This document shows, one piece after another, positions 50,591 through 63,100 of a stretch of DNA of 64,000 nucleotides (position 1 is the stretch's first letter; the number at the start of each line of letters is the position of its first letter). Location: positions 20,026,001-20,090,000 of the forward strand of contig JAQFVV010000004.1 in NCBI GenBank assembly GCA_028023455.1, given 5' to 3'. The position numbers and the translations under genes are program-made. A model generated the notes under the pieces. It saw only the letters and a list, made by a program, of their open reading frames with translations, had not been told where the DNA came from and made no database searches. The stretch comes from Epiperipatus broadwayi (Eukaryota > Animalia > Onychophora).

Positions 50591-51936
50591 TAAAATGTGT
50601 CAGATTCCTTCATATTTATGACATTAGGATTGTTAGCTATATGCTACATCTCTTTAATCTTCCTTTTAGGGTCATTTAGCTCAATGCATGTTATGTTGGT
50701 GGTTATGGGGTCAAATGTATGGCTCATTACGTTTTAGTGCCTGAGAAAGATTGATTTCATCTCTGGATTATCTGTGGCTTGTTTGTAAAGGTATTACGAA
50801 ATCTGAGTAGAGATGCCTGCATAGGATTTGCTCTGGTTGTAGACAGCAAAGCTGATTTTTATTCTGCAACAATTAGGAATAATTCTGTATTTCACACATG
50901 ATTGGAGATATTTGACTCATTGCGAAAGGATGATTGTTGTTCAGAATCAGTTTGTATTGATGATAATTATCCATAGTGTATGTCCTCATAGTCATAGCCT
51001 TGAAATGTACATAATTTAGGAGTGTATATATAGGTAATAGTTTATTCAAAGTATATGTAAATCATATTGTCCATTTGTTCAAAAGGGAGGGAGAGGCAGA
51101 TTCCTTCTTATTTATGACATTAGGGTTGTTAGCTAAATGCCATATCTCTTTAACCTTCTTTTTAGAATCAATTCACTTGATGCTTGCTATGTTGGCAGCT
51201 ATGGGTTCAAATATATGGCTCATTATGTTTTGATGTTCAAGGAATATTGATTTATGCTCTGGATTAACTATGGCTTGTCTGTAAAGATATGTGTTGAGAA
51301 ATCCATGCGCATGATAGGCCATAATTTATAGCACTGCCTCCTGCTTGAGGGCATGTGATTTTCAATATGGTGTGCAAAGTTTTCTCTGTGTAGAGTTTGC
51401 CCTTAGTACTATTTATTAATCTATTGTGGGAGGAATATGATAGCTTACTTAATGTGTTTGTGAATGAGCTTTATTCATGTTTTTGAATATCTGTGGTATG
51501 TAGGGGAGCAGTATCCAGGATTTGTCATCTTTAGTTGTATTTGATTTCATTTTGTATAAAATTGTTTGACTCTCCCTATGAGGTCAGTAGATAACTCAAT
51601 GTTGGCTTTTCAAGCAACTTCAAATTTGCATAGGTGGTAGTTCCTGTAGAGAAACAATGACAAACCAGTGTATTTATGTGAATAGGGGAGATGGATTTGG
51701 GGTGTGTGAAATCTCTTTTAAGATTTGAGATGCATCTTGTAATTTAGCTAGAGAATATTTCCGTTTGATAGCCCATGATGATGTAGATTTTGCCTCAAAA
51801 TTTGTTTTGATTTACTTTACTTGATTAAAGAATTCAGGACACATATGTCATCTACATATCAGTGTAAATAAGATTGGTACTATTTGTGATATATTTAAAA
51901 AGGAACAGGTTTTCAATGTCATTAAGATAAATACTT

Positions 51937-53553
51937 AATATATATCCGTCAACCTCTTCTTTTTCTAGAATCTTCGCTAATATTAAGCTCCACGAGCCTG
52001 ATAAACCTTTAAGACTGATGATCAATTTTGGAAGGGCACACTATTTTAGCATGGAAGCTTTGGTTAATTGCTGGCTTATTGACACATTAGGCTTTGGTGA
52101 TTATACCATCAAATCATCTTTCAAGTTTGTAGAAAAAATTAAACACGCATTTATACCAGCTGGGTTCAAAATCACATCATTTGATGTGGCTGAGCTATAA
52201 GGCTCCATAGACCATAAAAAATCAATTGAAATAGTCAATGAGACATTAATTGCAAGAAACTGCCCACCTACATGAGCCAAATTCATCATTGATTTTTTAA
52301 AATGGCTTGATCTAAATATAGTTGCTATTTTCAGGGATAAGTGGTTTAGTATGAATAATAGATGGCCAATGGGTCTCCCATTAAGTGGTATAATGGCAAG
52401 TGTTGTACTTGACCATTACGAGAAGCAAATACTACCTGCATTCTTCATGTCAACCCCACATATGATATACACACATTACATTGATGATACATTTATTGCA
52501 GCCCCAGAAGACATCATTATTAATCTCCACAACAGCCTCCAGAATAAAACTAAGCTTACTTTTACTACAATTTGGGAAAACCAAGACAAACAGATCAAAT
52601 ATCTTGACATATGTTAGTAAAAATATAGATAAGCTGGACTACCAAATGGTAGTCAAACCTTTGGAAGTACGGGGTCTGAAAAACCCTAATTCTTACATGC
52701 CTCGCTCCCACAAACTTGCAGCCCTCTCTTCATTCATGTTTAGGAACCATAACTTGTGCAAATACAAGGCAGATAAAAGAAAAAATCTTATCAATTATAT
52801 AGCTGATTTAAGAAAAATAGGACACATTCATCCATCAAGAGAAAAGTCAACAAATTTTTCTATAAAATAAACCACAATGACAAAGAAAGAAAACAAACCG
52901 AGAATCCTAATCCCATACAATCACTCAACAGCCAAAAGCCTCATTAATAAACTATCAAGTGACTTTGAAGTCACTTTCCGTTCACCTCCCAACACCAATA
53001 GACTGATAAATAACACCAAAGACAGGATCAAACCTGAACTCACCCCTCAAGTTGTGTACAAAATCACCTGCTCCCAAAGAAATTGTATGGCAACATATTA
53101 TGGAGAGACCAAAACTAACATTGCCACCAGAGTAGCTCAACACAGATACCTTTATAACAGAACCAAAACAAAGCTTAAAGGTAATTCGGTTTTTGTCGAG
53201 CATGAAAGAGCCACTGGACACGCTTTTCTACCCACCACAGCCAGTGTCATTTGCTCTGAAACAAATGACACCAAACGTAAAGTTAGGGAAGCTTACTACA
53301 TCGTAAGTGACCCATCAGCAATCAACAGAAGAGAGGCCTACTTTTCCCTATCTCGAAAATGGTCCACGTAACATCTGCATATAAATTTGCATAAAATTTG
53401 CATTAATATTATAGTTAGTAATCAAATACAAGTCACCATGAATATGGGACTATAAACTGTCCCGAAAGTGCTTGGCGGTAAATTTTAATAATTTCACAGA
53501 CAATTAATAGCTTCATTATCTGTGCGCAGAGCACATATATATATTAATTTATT
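51937..53553 (+). mobile_element. 5'-truncated Penelope-like element family Y with 15-bp TSD
   Basis: RT (SFDVAEL; WPMGLPLSG; YIDD) and GIY-YIG (VYKITC..YYGET..RVAQH..EH...GH..EAYYI) ending at stop 53371. TSD ttaagataaatactt at 51922-51936 and 53554-53568. Confidence 0.92.
53432..53479 (+). ncRNA. Minimal type I hammerhead, A3-U8 core (PLE-Y)
   Basis: GTCACC ATGAATA T GGGAC TATAAACT GTCCC GAAA GTGC T T GGCGGT, 60 nt after the GIY-YIG stop codon. Confidence 0.78.
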
Positions 53554-54952
53554 TTAAGATAAATACTTGAAAAACTTGAGATAATCGCACTTATGAGTAG
53601 ACCCATTGGTCATCCATCCATCATGTAATAATAGTTGTCTATCAAATGTGGAGTTAATGTTGTTGAGTAATTGATTTTCAGGAGTTCTGATTTTACTATG
53701 CTAGTAGGCTGTTTTCTGTTGATGAAGCCATATAGCTCTGTTATATTGGGGTAAGTTATTTTGTGATAAGTTCCTAATTTTGAACTTTTATTTATATTTA
53801 GAGACTCAAAGGAAGAGTTAATGGCATAAGCACCATAAACTATCTGGCCTGTGATCCATTGGTTAATCATTTTAATAGTGCTGCAGTAGTGCAAGCCTCG
53901 AAATCTAACATCAATCTAAGTGGTGTAATTGGTTTGTGCAATTTGGCATTGGCAAACATTCATAGTGATGTTGTAGCTGATGGGTAAATTTTGTAGTATT
54001 CACCTTTAGAAAAATCCTTATTGCAGTGTTTGCCCAATATGTCACTTATAAATTTATCTTTGTTCCTCTTTATATTGTAATTCGGAAAAGATTAAATTTC
54101 AATTTATTTATCTGAAGAATCATTTTCTCTATGAAGTCAGCTTTATTCATTAAGACAAATCTATTTTCTTTATCTTCCTTCAAATATATTGTGCTATTTT
54201 TGGAAAGGAACTCCTGGGTAGCATCTATGTGCATCCTCCAATTGTCATTGGTGACTTTGATAAACTTGCATTAAATCGATTTTGCAATTTGTGTAATTAT
54301 TTTTTTATCTTTATTTGGGTTGTCTGAGAGACCAGCCTCAACATCAGGAATTAACCCTATGATTGGCTCATTTCATTTGTCCCTGATGAATCTTGGTCTA
54401 TGTTCTATCTCTGCCTTCATATTAGGAGGAGGAGCCTTAAATCTATATTTGTCCTTAGGGGGGGAGGGTTGATGCCTTGTTTAGCTGCTAGAAAGATGAT
54501 TTTATATTTGAATTTAACATTGAACTTTGAGGTCAGATTGCTTCATTTATTTATAGTGTGTTCTGGGGCTACTATGATACAGTGTGAGATTTTATTCAAG
54601 TGTTTTTTTGTCCTTTTTGTGAGCCATTTTACATAAAGTTATAATTCTTTTTAAGTAGATATAGCTGTAGCTGCAAAATGATTCTGTCCCAGTTGTAGAT
54701 AGCAAAGTTGATTTTTATTCTGCAGCAATTAGGAATAATTTTGTATTTTACCCATGTTTGGGGAAATTCCATTTATTAAGCAAAGATGGTTGTTGTTTGG
54801 CTGAGTTTTAAAATCAGTTTATATTGACGATAATGGTCCATAGTGTATTGTAATTTATAAAATTAAGAAACTTTTCTTAGACCATTATAAGTCATAAATA
54901 TATGCACTGACATATTCTCCTAAGTAAAGTTATAAGTGTATGAAAATTATTG

Positions 54953-54999
54953 AAACTTAGCACTTTAGAGGGCATTAAAAGTCCTCATGGTCTTAGTCT
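54953..54999 (-). ncRNA. Decayed hammerhead in the PLE-X upstream pseudo-LTR
   Basis: AGACT AAGACCA T GAGGAC TTTTAAT GCCCTC TAAA GTGC T A AGTTT. Stem I shows a G-C to A-T covariation relative to the 50544 copy. Confidence 0.6.
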
Positions 55000-55429
55000 T
55001 GAAATATGCATAATTGTAAGAGTAGATATAGGCAATAGTTTATTCAATGTAAATCATATTGCCCATTTCTTCAAAAAGGGAAGCAGGATTCCTTCCTATT
55101 TATGGTATCAGGATTGTTAGCTGTATGCTATGCTTCTTTAACCTTCCATTTAAAGTAATTTCACTCAATATATGCTATGTTGACAGCTATGGACTTCAAT
55201 GTATGACCGGTTATGTTTCGGTGGATTAGCTTATGCTCTGGATTATCTGTGGTTCATCTGTAAAGGTATCTGTGTTGGTAAATCAGAGTAAAGAGGCATG
55301 ATCATGATTCTCCATAATATATAGCATTGTAATTTGCTTAAGGGCATGCAATTTTATATAAAGTGTTGTAGTTTGCTCTGTATGGAGTCTGTCCTTAGAA
55401 TTATTTATTAATCTATTTCTTGTTGGAGT

Positions 55430-55920
55430 ATTCCCCAATGCCAAATGGCACAAACCAACATCCCATTTAAGTTAATGTTAGACTTAGGAAGCATGTACTA
55501 TATATACTACAGCACCATTAAAATGATCAATCAATGGTTGACTGACCAACTACATTATGGTGCTTACACGCCTTCACATAATTGAGCTACATGACTCCAT
55601 TAACAGAAAACAGCCTATTAACATAGTAAAATCAGAACTCCTAAAAATCAATTACTCACCAACATGGATCAATTTTATAACAGACTGTCATTTTTGGCTC
55701 TATAACACATTTATCATCACAATCGACAGATAACATTATTACATGACAATGGATGGTTAATGGGTCTACCCATAAGCAGGAGCTCCTTCCTAAATATATC
55801 AAAAATACTCCCAACCTTATTTACACATGACATATGGATGACATATTTATATGTAGCCCAGAGTCTTTAATCAAGGAAATCAAAACAAACCTTGAGACAA
55901 AATCTGCATTATTATGGACA
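55430..55920 (+). mobile_element. Inverted RT segment of PLE family X
   Basis: Roughly 80% similar to the reverse complement of 53570-53960, and continues to MDDIFICSPE. Confidence 0.75.
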
Positions 55921-56899
55921 ATAAGATGAGAAGATCACCAAACAAAGGGAGTTAACCATATTTATATTTTGTCCGAAGATATGTAATCATGACAATTTAC
56001 TTGCAGTTATATGATGGACTTCTTAACAACATCTAGTTAAATTGTTAAATATTTTTAGAAATATTCAAACTTTATTTATATTTTTTCCAATATTTTAATC
56101 TGATAATAATAGCACACAGGATAATAATAAATACAATAATTTTGGGTGGTATTACTTTGCTTTGCTTTTTAACTGTTGTTCTAACGAGTGACAGTCTATT
56201 GGAATAAACCAGAAACCTTTATATTTGCAGAAACCAAATTTAAAGTGATGCTATAATAACTAGAGAGTTAACCTCACATATATAAAGAATACTGGCTTAA
56301 TTCCCAAGCTAGATGGCATTGATTTAAGCTAACAATAGCTGAAGAAAGAAAAAGGATAATATCTCTCAAAACATTGTGTATCTGTGTCTTTATAAGTCTG
56401 AATTTTTCTAAAAACATTTAATAAATGATGGAAATAGTCCAATATAGAATTACCACTATTGCAAGAGTAGACACTCAGACTCAATATCAATAGGTTTCAA
56501 CCCAATTCTGCCACTTCTGGTGCTCAGATTTCTTATGAATCCTTAGCAATAAATCATTCATTTTTTAATACCATACAAATATTTATCTTGCTCAATTTTT
56601 ATAGCTGTTAATAATGAGAGAGTTGATAATCTTATCTTTGCATTAAATATTTACAAGCATTTATTAAATATCTTGACAGTCTATAAGATGGATTAAAAGT
56701 CCTGTAATAATTCAAGGCGTTAAAGATTCATTAAAAATTTAATAATAATAATAATTTTATTTATTTATTTAATACAATAATATATAAGCAATACAAAATT
56801 AATATAATTCCAAACAAGGAAATACTTGTGTGAGGAGTCATATATTAACAATAACAGTAATAATTTATATTTAATTACAAAATCACAATATAAACAATA

Positions 56900-59820
56900 A
56901 AATAAATTATAAAACATTAATCAAAATAACTATATAGAATATAATCAACATCAGCAAATATTTTTAAAACATAGCAAGTGATATTTGGTCAGTATCTAAT
57001 GAATAAGCACAGACAAAAGAATTAAACAACCTAATATCATTATAATTGATCTGCCTATGACTACCTTCCAAATTAAAAGCAGGCAATGTCAATAGAAAGT
57101 TTTTAGCTAATCAAGTATTTATTTTAAAAATTCTAACACATTAAAAAAAGAATGATGAAATATATCATAATTACCTTATATTTATAAAGATTAATCTCAG
57201 ATAAAACACAGCCACTACCATAGATATTCTAAACTGAAGTTGATTTAGACTTTTCAAAATAATAGATATAGTGTAATTTTGTAATTTTTGCTCAAAAAGA
57301 CTATATGAAACAACACCAAAGATAGAGCAATATCACCAGCAAAACTATAAATCACTGAATTCAAAGACACTGAAAAAATTCATTAATATAAATCAAAAAT
57401 AACATAGGATCAAATACAGAACCCCTGTGGAACTCCATGATTTATCAATTTAAAATCACTAATAATGCCATAAATTTTGATTGCCTGTTTTTTGTCTTTT
57501 AAATAACTTTGTAACTAACAAACAAAATGACCTCTATAGCCATATAAATCTAATCACTGAAGAAGAATTTTATGATGAACAGGATCAAATGCTTTAGAAA
57601 GATATGGATGCAGTCTTAAAATCAGAATCTAACAGAGATGATTAAGAACATCTAAAGTACTTTTTTTAAGCAATGAAACCTAACTGATACATAGAAATTA
57701 CTCTATGCCCACTTAAGAAAGATATTTAATCCTCGACTGCCATCTCAAATAGCTTAGAAATAATTGAAATGCTGAAAATAGGTGTGTAGTTGCTGATAAG
57801 TAATAGATCCTTTTTATAGATTGCCATAATAATATCAATCTTCAGATACTCTTGAAATAGATCAGCATTCAATGAAATATTAAACAAATAAACCAAAACT
57901 TGTATAAATATAAGCTTATCTTTTAAAATTTTTGAAGTTAAATTATCCAAACCAGAAGAACTAACATTTTTAAATAATCAATCGAGACAACAGAGTACCA
58001 AAAACTTCAAAACAGAAAAAAAAAATCAACAACAGAATCAATAGCCAAATCATTAATACAAGCTTCTGCCCGCATTTTATAAAATATAAAACTATTAAAA
58101 AGATCAACAATTTATTTTTCATCATCTTTAACTTTTAATAAATGACCATTAATTTTAACAAAATCAACTTGATTAGGATATTTTTTAATCAAGGAATTAA
58201 TTATTTTCCATTTCAAAAAGGTATTTTTATCCCAGAGGAATTCCCTAAAATGATGCAATTTCATCCTTTTAATATCAGATTTTAATTCCTTATTTAACCC
58301 TTTTCACATCACCACCACAATGCTTAATATTCTTTCTCAAATTAATTTTTTAAATTAATTGATCAGTTATCCATAATGACCATTTTCTATTCTTACTAAC
58401 CAATTTGATATGATCAGTCACCTTAGCAATTAAAAAAACAAATATTTTGAAAATGTGCAAAAGCACAATTGACATTAGAGAGTACAAAAATACTATCCCA
58501 ATTTTGATTAGACAATAAATTAGCTAATTTAGCACGTGACAGTTTATCAACACAAGAATGAGTATCTGATTTATTATGAGAGAAAAACAATTTCAAAAGA
58601 ATTGCACAATGATCTGTAATGGCTACATCAAATACACTTGATTCATAATTAAAATATTTACTAGCTCTAACAAATATATGATCAATCAAAGATTTGCACA
58701 TCTTGGTCATATGTATAGTCAAAAAATTTGCCTCATAACTATATAACAAATTCAAATATCTACCAGAATCATTTTTCTCTTTAAATAGCAAATCAATATT
58801 TAAATCGCAAATAAATACTACTGAAGATGAATCCGTCTTAGATAGAAAAGATTCAAATTCATTTATAAAAAATATAACAGAGCTAATATCAAAGCAATTA
58901 ATGACAAAAATGCCACAAGGAAAAGTAAATGTAACCAATACAGATTCAGCAGTATCAAATGCTGGAATATAATATGTATAACTCAAGACAATTTTTATAA
59001 AAAACAAAATGAAAAATCACTTAATATAGACTTCACATGAACATAAATTTCATTAAGACAATAATGTCATTTCTCATATAAACAAAACCATTGTAAATAA
59101 ATACTATTCCCTTACCATCATTCATGCATTTTTTGCTTTGCCAACCAAAGAAATTACTGAGTAGATGAAGAAATACGTTGATATAATACAAATAAGCTGA
59201 TTGTTATTTTCTAATGAGAAAATATCAAATACAAATCTTGCCAAATTATGAAAAGCAAAATGAGTAACAACAAGTCTTGGTTTATCACAATTACTTTTGG
59301 TATGAAATATTTTTTCTATATCATTGCTGAAAAATGGTCGATCTCAAGTTTTCCCTTTATTTTTAAAATGATTTGGGGCAAATTTTCACTATCTTGTGAA
59401 TGAATATCTTGTAATTTGATTTCATTATCCATTTGAGCCCTTTCCAAAGCTTCAATACTATTCTTCAAACAAGATATATCCTGTTCACCTCAGACTTACA
59501 TATAAACTCTTGATTATTTCTGTCAACATTTTGTTATATCGATATCAGCCTGTATTTTCATAAACATTTGTGCAAGCTCTGATAAAATATTATGAATTAC
59601 AGGAAACAATTTCAACTTTTCCATAATTTCTTGTAAAATTGAATTTGACAAATCAACCAAAGAAGAAGAATTTAAATCCATATTATTAAAAGAGTTGATA
59701 TTAAAACCTCTACAAAAAAGAATATCTCCATGCTTGCTTTTTTTTCAATGACATATACCTATAAGTATTTTCTGATAACGTTGAGCACGTGTAATGCATA
59801 TCGCCATTATACCCATAGCA
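56900..59820 (-). mobile_element. Decayed non-LTR retrotransposon (CR1/L2/Jockey-like): ORF1 remnant, APE endonuclease, RT
   Basis: APE motifs DLNIDLL, IDHIF and TDH in 58423..59007; RT start (IYKK...SNYTPI..IS..SKLFE) in 57726..57950; coiled-coil-like ORF1 remnant near 59350-59650. Confidence 0.75.
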
Positions 59821-59998
59821 AGAAATAAAATTACCATTAGCAGGTAATGAATTATTACAAATACTACAAATAGCCATTAGAAGTTATGCATTTAATCCAA
59901 TATAAAAAAAATATAATTGATTGAAAACAATAAAAAGATTGATAAACTATTTAATAATAGAGACAGCAAAAATACACAAAAAATACATTAGAACAGCA

Positions 59999-60190
59999 GC
60001 AAATAATAATAATAATGATGATGATGATAATAATAATAATAGTAGTAGTAGTAGTAGTAGTAATAATAGTTTCACAGCAAATAGTCTCTCAGAAAAAAAT
60101 AGTCTTGTGGCAAATTTTAGCTTAACTAATAGTTTCACAGCAAATAGTCTCTCAGAAAAAAATAGTCTTGTGGCAAATTTTAGCTTAACT
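59999..60190 (+). repeat. Compound trinucleotide microsatellite followed by a perfect 63-bp tandem duplication
   Basis: (AAT)(GAT)(AAT)(AGT) runs, then identical units at 60065-60127 and 60128-60190. Confidence 0.95.
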
Positions 60191-63100
60191 ACATGACAGC
60201 AAAAGTGTTTCCAGTTTTAAACATTCAAACTTCAATCAAAATCAACATTTCTAAAAGTAATTTTTACATCTCTAAAAAGGAAAATAAAAATATAATTTTT
60301 TGTTATCTTTACCATTATCTATAAAAACTCTTAATAACCGATTTCAACAATCTTTAAAAAGCAATTAAAGATGGCTTCCAATGTCTGACTTGCAAGACAA
60401 ACTGGAGCCAAAACCAACTCATTGGGAAATTTCATCAAGGTACAAACAAAGCATTTATTCCAGCATAGTTAAAACTAACCTGGAAGTTCTAACTGTAAAA
60501 CCTAATTCAAGATTCAGAAAATCCACTCTTAATAATTTGAAAAACCTAAACTTAGCAAATCAAGATAAAGATGAAAAACAACTCTCTCTGCCCTACTACA
60601 TGAATGACTGAAATGCTAAACAATATCAATGTGAAGTTCAATGACACCATTCCCAGGGGAACTTTATACCACATTCTGTCATTTTTTCTCTGACCATTCC
60701 ATTATTCTATTTGCTATGGATACCTATTGTTCCTTGTATCATCTCCCAAGGGCATGCCCACCAATATCACAATTCAAATCATTGACCAAGAGACCACACT
60801 TCACATCTACATAAGAGGCATAAAACCGTGGCAGCAGAGTTATTTAAATCATCAACTATACCATTGGACAGTGCCTGCAGTGCAACTAAATAATAGAACA
60901 TATGCCAAGATGCATTCACAATAAAAAATCAAACTCCACTAAAAATAACTCACACCAACAAATATATAATGGCAATCATCATGCAGATGATGACATGGAA
61001 CTCACACTTTTAACAAGTCTACTAATCACAATTATCAAACTACCATTCATAATACTAAACAGGCACTTGGACCCAAAAATGAACAATACACTGAAATCAA
61101 TTTGACTGCTGCAATTGAAAAGCAGAAAACAAACACTCTTTATGCTAACATAGCACACAGCTTTCAAACTTATGTAACCAATAAAACATTCCCTAGAAAT
61201 CATGGATATTATAAGACTGAGTTCTCCAACCATTGAAAATCTCATCTCAGATGCCTCTGTTAAGAGAAAACCTAGGCATACTCAAAAAAAGCCATTGTAA
61301 CGATATATAAATATGTCGTTACATTAATTTAAAATAAAAACTTAAAAGTTCGCAAATAAAAGTAAAAAACTAAATGCTAAAATTAAAATGTTTGTTAAAC
61401 ATATATACATTCGCACAGATGCCAAACTTTAAAAATATTTTTAAAAAAAAAAAACAAATAAGTATTTGAACGTACTTTTTTATAAAAAAGTACAAGATTT
61501 AAAAATAAAAACAGGTATTAATTAATGTAATCTGTAAATGGAAATGATTGTTTTATAAATTATCGAAAACCAAACTGACCCTTGGGCTCTTATATAATTA
61601 AAATGATCTGATGAAAGATAGATAAGAAAATAAAGAGAAATTAGCTTGACCAATGGAAGCACTAAGCTTTGGCTCGGACCCTAACAAAAGTGATGGATTA
61701 GTGGCGTTTTGTTGATTGAATCAGTGTGGATAATATAAAAAGGGAAATACAGTTTTTTCTGACAGTTCCAGCGTTTTGTGTTTGAGAGATGTGGTAGGAC
61801 GCACATACCACACTCTCTATAAAAAAAAAAAATGAAAAGACTGTGATACCTTCAACCAGCTATTGCTATCTCCAGAACATTATCTTCCAATGGAGGCGTC
61901 ACAGGAATTAAAAGCAGAAACCTGGACTCTTCTACCATAAGCTATATGGACATGAACTCTAAATTTAAAAATAATTAAGAACTTTCATTCAAGCTTATGA
62001 ACTTCTATCTGACTTTTTTAAGTTTAAAATCAAATTAATAATGTTTAATTTTATATGTTTTCCGATTGATAAAAATCATTTCCATTTTTTTTTTCTTATT
62101 GTATAAATTATTTATTGTTTAAATTTTAAATGATGAAATTTAGGTTGGGTATAGATGTTGCATAGATTCGTTAGTGGTTGATTATGTTGAAGTTTTCACA
62201 TTTGATTAGAATATATAGATCAACGATGTTAATGCGGGCATCTTACGATGAATGCCATGGGGCCTTGTGTATTCCCTTTTGCAATTGACGTTATCGATGA
62301 TTTTGTATTTTAATCGATTGTGTTTAATTTGCAGCCGATCTATACTCAACATTTTAAAAACAAATTTATAAAAATAATCTGTGCGAACGTATTTAAATGT
62401 TAAATTTAAGTCGGGCATGAATGGCTATATAGTTTTGTAAAGTTATATTAAGGGAGGGTAATCTTAGGTTATTCATTTCATAGTTGAATTGGTTCAATGG
62501 ATTGGATATATTTGTGTAATTGTAGATGTAGTATGAGATCCGCTACAGGCAGGATTATATATATGCCACACACCTTCTGTTTGCCTATGGATGGGTTTGT
62601 AAGACGCCAAAGGACCGCAGTCCATTCCTATGGAGTTTTATGTTTATTGTTCTACTCACCAACAGATGTAACATTCCTGTTGGTGGAGAGTCAATGTCTT
62701 CTCTAATTCTACTTACTGATCAGATGTACATTCCTGACAGTATAGTATTTTGTGTTGCCGTATTTTCATGCTACATTGAATACATAAATGTATCAGATGG
62801 ATTGGCGCCGGTTTGATTGCGAAATTTGTTGCCTAAGGTTAAATCAGGGAAGAATATTTTCTTTTCAAATGCAGATCTATGTAGTCTATTCATCCTCGAC
62901 TCACTAAATAAATATTAAACTCATGGTTGTAATTTACTTAAATGTAAAACTAAAGATTAATAGAAAAATCTAAAATGGTGAATTTATTCCTCAAAATTTA
63001 AATGTTATTTTATATGTGCGTAAATAAATATTTTTATGTGTTAATTTCTGGCAGTGGCTTTTATTTATTTATATTTAAGATATAAATTAAGATATAGATT

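Larger units (their letters stand above)
50480..55425 (-). mobile_element. Penelope-like element family X with pseudo-LTR tandem structure, interrupted by family Y
   Basis: Minus-strand order: GIY-YIG tail (55425-55060), HHR, ATG at 54841, RT motifs 2-4 (53960-53570), [family Y insertion], YVDD (~51850), thumb, GIY-YIG (KITC...YG; KEIWHLANNPNVINKKES), half HHR, repeated ORF start (50975-50820), repeated GIY-YIG tail and HHR. Confidence 0.8.

Noticed and set aside
59921-60196. Poly-N/D/S ORF and its antisense poly-L ORF
   Set aside because: Microsatellite plus 63-bp duplication; no splice or homology support.
61251-61279. ATGCCT/AGGCAT hairpin enclosing CTGTTAA...GAAA
   Set aside because: Core has two non-compensated changes, no stem II and no NUH triplet.
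62500-62790. RING-finger-like or viral Cys-rich reading on the minus strand
   Set aside because: Multiple stops, and the two CxxC motifs come from a ~60-bp degenerate tandem repeat with an indel.
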